From positions 224 to 64,223 of the forward strand of contig JAKFWO010000038.1 in NCBI GenBank assembly GCA_021731815.1: a DNA stretch of 64,000 nt, in the 5' to 3' direction. This DNA is from Hyphomonadaceae bacterium. Its GTDB lineage: Bacteria; Pseudomonadota; Alphaproteobacteria; Caulobacterales; Aquidulcibacteraceae. The notes beneath the pieces were generated by a model. The model ran no database searches. It was not told where the DNA came from and worked only from the letters and a program-made list of their open reading frames with translations. The stretch's first letter is position 1. Each line of letters begins with the position of its first letter. This document shows positions 57,785-64,000 of the stretch, piece after piece. The translations under genes and the position numbers were made by a program.

Positions 57785-59722
57785 ATGTCACATCGCCTGT
57801 TCTTGCGTAGTCTGCTGACGGTGCTGGCGATCTTGATCAGCGCTGGCCCGGGATCGGGGCGCGCAATGGCAGCGGAGGCCTGGCCCAAAGTCGCAAGCCC
57901 TTACGGCATTGATCCAAAGACCGAAGCGCGGATCGACGCCCTGCTGGCGCGCATGACGCTCGCCGAAAAGGTCGGCCAGATCACCATGGCCGAGATCCAT
58001 TCGATCTCACCCAACGACGTAAAGCGCTTTCACATTGGCGGCCTGCTGAATGGCGGGGGGTCTTGGCCCAACAAGAACCGCAAGGCCACGATCCCCGAAT
58101 GGCTGGTCATGGCCAATGCGTTCCATGATGCATCCATTGATCCACGCGGCAAACGGACCGCGATCCCGGTCATCTGGGGCACGGACGCGGTTCACGGCCA
58201 TAATAATGTGATCGGTGCCACCCTTTTCCCGCATAATATCGGCCTCGGAGCCATGCGCAATCCGGGCTTGATGCGCGATATCGGAATCGCCACGGCGCGC
58301 GAGGTCTCGGTCACGGGCATTGGCTGGGCCTTCGCCCCGACAGTTGCAGTCGCGCGGGACGATCGCTGGGGACGGACCTATGAAAGCTATAGCGAGGACC
58401 CGGCTCTTGTCGCCGATTATGCCAGGGAGATTGTTGTCGGCTTGCAAGGCCATCCGGCACTCGACGACGCTTTCGGGGTGGGACGGGTAATCGCCACAGC
58501 CAAGCATTTTGTTGGCGATGGTGGCACGCTCAAGGGAGACGACCAGGGCGATACTGTGCTCGATGAGGCAAAGCTCAAGGCGCTTCATGCCGCCGGCCAT
58601 GTGACCGCAATCGGCGCGGGCGCGCAAACCGTGATGGCAACTTTCAATAGCTGGAACGGGGTAAAAACCCACGGAAACAAATATCTCCTGACCGATGTCC
58701 TGAAAGATCGCCTCGGCTTTGACGGTTTTGTAATTGGCGACTGGGATGGGCACGCGCAGGTTCCCGGATGTCTCAAGGTGAGTTGCCCGGCTGCCGTCAA
58801 TGCGGGCGTCGACATGATCATGGTGCCGATCGACTGGCGGGAATTCATCCGCAACACGAGTATTCAGGTCAAAAAAGGCGAGATCAGCCAGGCACGCCTC
58901 GATGATGCGGTCCGCCGTATCCTGCGGGTCAAGATACGCGCGGGCCTGCTCGAACGCGGCCGCCCGTCCCAGCAACCGCTGGCGGGGAAAACGCAATTGC
59001 TGGGCCATCCCGACCATCGGGCACTGGCACGGCAGGCGGTGCGCGAATCACTGGTTCTGTTGAAGAACAATGGCATCTTGCCTCTTGCTCCGGGAAAGAA
59101 GATTCTCGTGGCGGGGCACGCCGCCGATTCGATTCCCCACCAGACGGGCGGATGGACGATCACCTGGCAGGGGCGCGACAATACCAATGCCGATTTCCCC
59201 GGTGCGACTTCTGTCTTCGCAGGGATCAGGGACGCAGTGGCAGCCGCCGGCGGGACCGCTATTTTGAGTGAGGCGGGCAATTATGACGCGAGTCCCGCTG
59301 CATCGCCCGACGCCGCAATCGTGGTGTTCGGAGAAACCCCTTACGCCGAATTCGAGGGCGACCTCGAAAGTGAGCGAGGGCTCGATCTGGATGACGAGCG
59401 CGCGCTGGAAATCCTGAAGCGCCTGAAAGCGGCCAATATTCCAACGATCGCGGTCTTCCTTTCAGGGCGGCCGCGCTGGGTAACGCCTGAAATCGATGCT
59501 GCGGATGCCTTCATCGCCGCCTGGTTGCCCGGCAGCGAAGGCGCGGGGATCGCAGACGTGATCTTTTCCGATCCTGCCGGAAAGATCCGGCATGGCTTTT
59601 CCGGAAAATTATCGTTCAGTTGGCCGGCCTCCCCGGTCGGGCCTCCGCCGAATATTGGCGATCCGGACTATGCGCCGCTGTTTCCGTTCGGCTTCGGCCT
59701 GACTTATGGCAAGGGCGGATAG
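57785..59722 (+). CDS. glycoside hydrolase family 3 exo-beta-glucosidase (periplasmic)
   Basis: The track start 57782 is a TTG immediately followed by ATG 57785. Signal peptide. GH3 motifs: KVGQITMAE, WGTDAVHGHNNV, RDDRWGRTYESYSEDP, GFVIGDWDG (nucleophile Asp context). Confidence 0.9.
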   Translation: MSHRLFLRSLLTVLAILISAGPGSGRAMAAEAWPKVASPYGIDPKTEARIDALLARMTLAEKVGQITMAEIHSISPNDVKRFHIGGLLNGGGSWPNKNRKATIPEWLVMANAFHDASIDPRGKRTAIPVIWGTDAVHGHNNVIGATLFPHNIGLGAMRNPGLMRDIGIATAREVSVTGIGWAFAPTVAVARDDRWGRTYESYSEDPALVADYAREIVVGLQGHPALDDAFGVGRVIATAKHFVGDGGTLKGDDQGDTVLDEAKLKALHAAGHVTAIGAGAQTVMATFNSWNGVKTHGNKYLLTDVLKDRLGFDGFVIGDWDGHAQVPGCLKVSCPAAVNAGVDMIMVPIDWREFIRNTSIQVKKGEISQARLDDAVRRILRVKIRAGLLERGRPSQQPLAGKTQLLGHPDHRALARQAVRESLVLLKNNGILPLAPGKKILVAGHAADSIPHQTGGWTITWQGRDNTNADFPGATSVFAGIRDAVAAAGGTAILSEAGNYDASPAASPDAAIVVFGETPYAEFEGDLESERGLDLDDERALEILKRLKAANIPTIAVFLSGRPRWVTPEIDAADAFIAAWLPGSEGAGIADVIFSDPAGKIRHGFSGKLSFSWPASPVGPPPNIGDPDYAPLFPFGFGLTYGKGG

Positions 59723-59726
59723 ATCT

Positions 59727-59860
59727 TTTTCCGGTTCCACGGAATGCTCCGACCCGAAAACGCGCTTTAGAGCAAAATGCCGATGATATGGATCATCTGA
59801 TTTGCTCTGTTTCCTTGTTGCCGCATCGCTTTTGCCGAAAACCGGTTTCCACTTTTCGGC
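59727..59860 (-). repeat. dispersed intergenic element, copy 2 (inverted relative to copy 1) with two hairpins
   Basis: Minus strand reads GAAAAGTGGAAACCGGTTTTCGGC ...(60 nt)... TGCTCTAAAG. Plus-strand hairpins are AGAGCAAA(59769-59776)/TTTGCTCT(59801-59808) and GCCGAAAA(59834-59841)/TTTTCGGC(59853-59860). An extra partial CCGGTTCCAC lies at 59731-59740. Confidence 0.6.
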
Positions 59861-59887
59861 GCGACGCTCCAAAGAGAATGCATTTCC

Positions 59888-60214
59888 GTGCCCGGCACTG
59901 CATCGGATTCAAGCCCTGCTCCACCCGGCCTGCGGATCGATCTGTGGCTGCACCGGGCACGCTTTGTAAAGACGCGCGCCCTTGCGATTCAGGCCGTGAG
60001 CGATGGAAAGATCCGGCTGGCACGAAATGGCCAGACCCGGCGGATCAGCAAGGCCGCGCAACTGGTGCAAATCGGCGATCTGCTGTCCATCTCCATGACC
60101 GAAAATGTGATGACACTGATCGTTCTGGAATTACCGCCGCGCCGCGGTCCGGCCATTGAAGCGGGAAAGACATGGAAACCAGCTACGGCTCACGGTTCCA
60201 GCGAAAATCCGTAA
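59888..60214 (+). CDS. RNA-binding S4 domain protein (Hsp15/HslR-like)
   Basis: 108 aa with a GTG start. S4 motif RIDLWLHRARFVKTRALAIQAVSDGKIRL and a downstream PPRRGPAIEA segment typical of alphaproteobacterial Hsp15-like proteins. The 3' end overlaps convergent cdd by 25 nt. Confidence 0.75.
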   Translation: MPGTASDSSPAPPGLRIDLWLHRARFVKTRALAIQAVSDGKIRLARNGQTRRISKAAQLVQIGDLLSISMTENVMTLIVLELPPRRGPAIEAGKTWKPATAHGSSENP

Positions 60215-60594
60215 GGCAATAATTCGGCCATCGAAAACCGGCGTGCCGGACCCTTCCCGTCCGCAAGGAGAATGGTGGTTCCCGCATCGGCAAATTCGGC
60301 GATGCGCTGGCGGCAACCGCCGCAGGGCGCGCAGACTTCCAGTTCCTCGCGCCCCCCGACAACGAGAATGTGCCGGATCCGCCCTCCGCCGGCGGCAATC
60401 ATCGCGGCAATCGCGCCGGCTTCGGCGCAGGAGCCCAGCGGAAAGGCCGCGTTCTCGACATTGCAGCCGATATGAAGCCGCCCCTCTTCATCCTCGATTG
60501 CCGCACCGACGAGAAAGCGGGAATAAGGCGCATGGGCCCGCTCCCGCACGGCGCTGGCGGCCGCAAACAGCCCGGCTTCGTCAATTACGCTCAT
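60190..60594 (-). CDS. cdd: cytidine deaminase
   Basis: Trimmed to ATG 60594 (MSVIDEAGLF...). Zinc/catalytic motifs SCAEAGAI and CAPCGGCRQ. Confidence 0.9.
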   Translation of the reverse strand: MSVIDEAGLFAAASAVRERAHAPYSRFLVGAAIEDEEGRLHIGCNVENAAFPLGSCAEAGAIAAMIAAGGGRIRHILVVGGREELEVCAPCGGCRQRIAEFADAGTTILLADGKGPARRFSMAELLPYGFSLEP

Positions 60595-60639
60595 TTTATC
60601 CGCCCCCAACCGGTGCGCGAAACCGCGCCCGATCTTACA

Positions 60640-61092
60640 TCACCACACACCAGCCGCAATCAGCGCCCGCCGCATGTCTTCCGGCAGAACACCCGTTCCG
60701 CCGGCTTCATCCGCGAAATCGGCGGGCGCATCCCCGATTGGGAGATACCGCCACCCCTGGAAGGCACGCCGCGGCATCGGCACAGTGAGATGCAATTCGG
60801 GATCGAGAAAAAACCCACAGCGCGGGCCGTGATCATCCACCACATCGCCAATGTCCAGAACATGCTGGCGCACCAGAATAACCCCGCGGATGACCCAATA
60901 AAGCGAGCCGCCAGCGAGAATTTCCGCCCGGCGTTTCGGAAAGGCGCGCGTGCCGCAATGGGGAAGCGGCCGGCTGCCCTCGGCCTTGCGCGCTGCGATC
61001 TGCCCTTCCTGCCACTGGCGAAGATCCTCCACCGAATCTGCGCCAACGCACAGTTTCACCACATGAACACAGGGAGCTTGCCCGTCGCTCAT
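60640..61092 (-). CDS. DUF1489 family protein
   Basis: The track start 61119 is a TTG; ATG 61092 gives MSDGQAPCVHVVKLCVGADSVEDLRQWQ... This matches my recollection of the DUF1489 N-terminus (hLxKLcVG..s.edL..WQ). Not verified by search. Confidence 0.65.
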   Translation of the reverse strand: MSDGQAPCVHVVKLCVGADSVEDLRQWQEGQIAARKAEGSRPLPHCGTRAFPKRRAEILAGGSLYWVIRGVILVRQHVLDIGDVVDDHGPRCGFFLDPELHLTVPMPRRAFQGWRYLPIGDAPADFADEAGGTGVLPEDMRRALIAAGVW

Positions 61093-61105
61093 CGGGAGTT
61101 CCACA

Positions 61106-62317
61106 TCACACGCGGGCAAAGATCAGTGACGCATTGGTGCCGCCAAAGCCGAAGGAATTGCTCATGGCGGTCTCGAGGTCCACATCCTTGCGCGCGCGCA
61201 GGATTGGCAAATCCTCAAAGGCCGGATCGAGCGTGTCGATATGCGCGCTTTCCGCCGCAAATCCCCCGCCCAGCATCAGCAGGCAATAGATCGCTTCCTG
61301 AACGCCGGCTGCCCCCAGCGAATGTCCGGTGATCGATTTCGTGGAAGAAATCAGCGGTGCATTGGCACCAAACACCTCACGAACGGCTTCCATCTCGCGG
61401 GCATCGCCCACCGGGGTCGATGTGCCATGGGTATTGAGATAATCCACTTTCCGCCCGCCGGATTCGGCCATGGCATTGCGCATGGCGCGGGCGGCCCCCT
61501 CGCCGGAAGGTGACACCATATCGTGCCCGTCCGAGGTCGCCCCATAGCCGACCAGCTCACCATAGATGCGGGCTCCGCGGGCTTTGGCACGTTCATATTC
61601 CTCGAGTACCACAAGACCTGCCCCGCCGGCGATCACAAACCCGTCGCGGTCGCGATCATAGGCGCGCGAGGCGACCATCGGCCGGTCGTTGTAATTCGAG
61701 GACATCGCACCCATGGCGTCGAACAATACGGACAAAGTCCAGTCCAGTTCCTCGCATCCGCCGGCAAACATCACGTCCTGCTTGCCCCATTGGATCATCT
61801 CGGCGGCATTGCCGATGCAATGGGCGCTGGTGGCACAGGCCGACGAGATCGAATAATTGACGCCCCGGATCTTGAACCAGGTGGCGAGCGCAGCCGAAGG
61901 TCCCGAGCACATAGCCTTGGGAACCGCGAAAGGTCCCACTTTTCTCGCCCCCTTGCCGCGGGTGACATCGGCGGCGGCGACGATAGCGCGTGTCGAAGGC
62001 CCTCCCTCGCCCACGATAATCCCCGTCCGGTCATGGCTGACCTCGCCTGGCTCGAGCCCGGCATCGGCGATCGCCTGCTCCATGGCAATATGCGCCCAAC
62101 CGGTGCCTTCGGACAGGAACCGCGCGGCGCGGCGGTCCACGGCACTTTCCCATTCGAGCTGCGGAGCGGCATGGACCTGACATTTAAAGCCGAGCTGAAC
62201 ATATTCGGCGGCGGCGGTGATTCCCGACTTCGCTTCCCGCAAAGAGGCCAGAACCTCATTAGCCCCGTTTCCAATGGATGAAACGACACCCATACCGGTA
62301 ACGACCACACGGCGCAT
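61106..62317 (-). CDS. fabB: beta-ketoacyl-ACP synthase I
   Basis: Trimmed from 62380 to ATG 62317, preceded by GGGAGGAA ([18 protein letters not shown]...). Active-site Cys in [10 protein letters not shown]. His motifs [11 protein letters not shown] and [11 protein letters not shown]. Adjacent to fabA. Confidence 0.9.
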   Translation of the reverse strand: MRRVVVTGMGVVSSIGNGANEVLASLREAKSGITAAAEYVQLGFKCQVHAAPQLEWESAVDRRAARFLSEGTGWAHIAMEQAIADAGLEPGEVSHDRTGIIVGEGGPSTRAIVAAADVTRGKGARKVGPFAVPKAMCSGPSAALATWFKIRGVNYSISSACATSAHCIGNAAEMIQWGKQDVMFAGGCEELDWTLSVLFDAMGAMSSNYNDRPMVASRAYDRDRDGFVIAGGAGLVVLEEYERAKARGARIYGELVGYGATSDGHDMVSPSGEGAARAMRNAMAESGGRKVDYLNTHGTSTPVGDAREMEAVREVFGANAPLISSTKSITGHSLGAAGVQEAIYCLLMLGGGFAAESAHIDTLDPAFEDLPILRARKDVDLETAMSNSFGFGGTNASLIFARV

Positions 62318-62461
62318 CAAGCATATTCCTCCCAACTTGAATGTCGTTTCGGCCCTGACATTAACCAAAAACCCTGACATTCACCAAAATCAGTGTGTGA
62401 GATCGTCGCACGGCTGATCAATTGTCACGATTCCGACTGTGGCGGAGCTATTGCCGCCAGA

Positions 62462-63052
62462 TCAGCCTTCGGTTGAGCCGATTCCATCTCCAGGCTTTGC
62501 CAAATCTTCCTGCTTGAACAGACCAACGCGCAAGTCCTTGGCTGCATAAATCGGGCGATTATCGGCGAACACGGTTCCATCGCCCACACCGATCACCAGC
62601 CGCTTGATAATGACTTTCTTAAAATCAATACGATATTTCAATAACTTGACTTCCGGTGTGATCTGGCCCGAAAATTTCACTTCACCGACGCCCAGCGCCC
62701 GTCCCAGCCCCGGCGCGCCGCGCCAGGCCAGATAAAAGCCGACCAATTGCCATAATGCGTCGAGCCCAAGGCAGCCCGGCATGACCGGATCACCTTCAAA
62801 ATGACAGCCAAAAAACCAGAGATCCGGCCGAATATCGAATTCGGCTTCAATATAGCCCTTCTTGTGCGCACCGCCCGTATCCTCTACCGCGACGATCCGG
62901 TCGAACATCAGCATTGGCGGCAGAGGCAAACGGGCATTGCCGCCGCCAAATAATTCGCCATGACCGCAGGCGATCAGCGATTCACGCGAAAAACTCTGTT
63001 TTGTCAGCACTGTCAGAATACTTTCCGATCCATTTCCCGCAAGAGCGGCCAT
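62462..63052 (-). CDS. fabA: 3-hydroxydecanoyl-ACP dehydratase/isomerase
   Basis: The track start 63067 is a TTG. ATG 63052 or GTG 63010 (preceded by GGAAAG) are better; the true start is uncertain. Active-site context [29 protein letters not shown]. Confidence 0.9.
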   Translation of the reverse strand: MAALAGNGSESILTVLTKQSFSRESLIACGHGELFGGGNARLPLPPMLMFDRIVAVEDTGGAHKKGYIEAEFDIRPDLWFFGCHFEGDPVMPGCLGLDALWQLVGFYLAWRGAPGLGRALGVGEVKFSGQITPEVKLLKYRIDFKKVIIKRLVIGVGDGTVFADNRPIYAAKDLRVGLFKQEDLAKPGDGIGSTEG

Positions 63053-63132
63053 ACCGGACTGCGGCAATTCCTGAAATAGCTCACCCGGGATGAATCGCGT
63101 TCACCGCACACGCCGGGATCTTCAACACGCCG

Positions 63133-63645
63133 TCACCGGGGTCCGGGCCCGCCAGGACCGCCGGGTCCACCACCACCGGGATTTTGCTGGCCTCCGCCGG
63201 GTCCTGCCCCTGTCCCATCGGTCGGCAGGCGCCCGATCGTGCCAAAAATCTGCTCGAACAGGCCAAGCTCCCGCCCGCGCGTCGGGGTCTCGCGACGGGA
63301 GATCTTCACCTTGTGGCCGTCCTTCTGGCCGACCTGGCTGACTTTGCGAACCACGTCATTCTCGTCAAATTCGATCACCGTGATTTTCCGGCTCGTGACC
63401 TTCGGGGTATAGAATGCAAAACTGCGCTCGGTATAGGACATGTAATACCAGATCTTCTCGTCGAAATTGGCGAGCGCGGTCGGCGACCCCAGACGCTGCA
63501 AGACCGTGGCGCGGGTATCGATTTCGGGTTTGATCTCGGTCGGCAGGGCCTCGTCAGGCACAAAGCCGTGCTGGTCACGAATCGGCGTGCAGGCCGTCGC
63601 CGCCAGAGCACATATCACCGCCGCAGAAGCCACTGCAATTTTCAT
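63133..63645 (-). CDS. bamE: outer membrane protein assembly factor BamE (SmpA/OmlA lipoprotein) with Gly/Pro-rich tail
   Basis: The track start 63660 is a GTG. ATG 63645 is preceded by GAGGG (MKIAVASAAVICALAATAC lipobox). BamE-like core TVLQRLGSPTALANFDEKIWYYMS. C-terminal GTGAGPGGGQQNPGGGGPGGPGGPGPR. Confidence 0.8.
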   Translation of the reverse strand: MKIAVASAAVICALAATACTPIRDQHGFVPDEALPTEIKPEIDTRATVLQRLGSPTALANFDEKIWYYMSYTERSFAFYTPKVTSRKITVIEFDENDVVRKVSQVGQKDGHKVKISRRETPTRGRELGLFEQIFGTIGRLPTDGTGAGPGGGQQNPGGGGPGGPGGPGPR

Positions 63646-63771
63646 CAGGACCCTCGTCACAGGCGCGCAGAATTTCTCGCGACACCATTTTCCGAAAGGA
63701 TGTTATCGTGCTTCTGCGGTGGGCTCAAGTAGCGTTCGCGCGAGGGGGGAAGCATTCGGATTCTCCCCGAT

Positions 63772-63999
63772 TCAGGCCCCGACAATTTGAACCGGGATGG
63801 ACATTTCCGCACGCGCTCCTGCGATTCCTGATGCCGAAATTTGTTCGACCCGGATAGCAAACATATTTCGGTGCCCCCCGAAATCAGATAATTCATCGGT
63901 CACGGAATAGAGAAATTCAGGCGAACTGACCATTGCCATGCGCCGTACCATCCCGGCGTCGAGGATTTCAATCCGATAGCTTTCAAAGGCTTCGCCCAG
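63772..63999 (-). CDS. C-terminal 75 codons of an ORF that starts beyond the window end; function unknown
   Basis: Not in the ORF track (open at the window edge). Reverse-strand frame from 63999 is stop-free: LGEAFESYRIEILDAGMVRRMAMVSSPEFLYSVTDELSDFGGHRNMFAIRVEQISASGIAGARAEMSIPVQIVGA, then TGA (63774-63772). The track ORF 63657..63896 is in another frame and looks spurious. Confidence 0.5.
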   Translation of the reverse strand: MGEAFESYRIEILDAGMVRRMAMVSSPEFLYSVTDELSDFGGHRNMFAIRVEQISASGIAGARAEMSIPVQIVGA

Positions 64000-64000
64000 C

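Noticed and set aside
63657-63896. 79-aa minus-strand track ORF between bamE and the window end
   Set aside because: Its 3' end would overlap the bamE start region. It has poor codon bias and is out of frame with the much more protein-like open-ended ORF ending at 63772.

Overview
GC-rich (by eye about 60% G+C) chromosomal segment. Gene content and local synteny (nuoN-birA-coaX-rnj, lon-hup, fabA-fabB, aminotransferase-hom) look alphaproteobacterial. There are about 50 protein-coding genes, nearly all housekeeping: hom (partial), a class I/II aminotransferase, phaC, RNase J, coaX, birA, the nuoG-nuoN half of complex I, a photolyase followed by an FAD-oxidoreductase/DUF1365/CFA-synthase-like lipid-modification cluster, ettA, tgt, mtnP, a response-regulator/Hpt pair, a DsbA-like oxidoreductase, lpdA, hup, lon, a 1675-aa NAD-glutamate dehydrogenase, a TipF-like EAL protein, argC, a cell-wall amidase, MOSC and GMC oxidoreductases, an FKBP isomerase, obg, a DUF305-LVIVD fusion protein, a LacI/TonB-dependent-receptor/GH3 sugar locus, an S4-domain protein, cdd, DUF1489, fabB-fabA and bamE. 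I recognise no rRNA, tRNA, CRISPR array, integrase, transposase or phage block. I also see no convincing novel multi-gene (e.g. defence-like) system, and claiming one would be over-reading. Five things stand out. (1) The nuo operon is cut between nuoF and nuoG. (2) Short perfect tandem repeats are unusually dense; unit lengths are multiples of 3 inside genes (nuoL, gdhB, DUF305 protein, FAD oxidoreductase) and non-multiples of 3 (7, 11, 13, 16 bp) in promoter/leader regions. (3) A dispersed intergenic element of about 100 nt is present twice. (4) There are several candidate operators and hairpins. (5) A few proteins have atypical features: Tgt without the CxCxxC zinc site, a CheY-like regulator with an Arg-rich tail, a degenerate EAL protein, and two overlapping small ORFs of unknown function between lon and gdhB. 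Many long ORFs in the supplied track are antisense or out-of-frame shadows of real genes. Several track starts are TTG/GTG-extended, and I trimmed those where a better start is visible.
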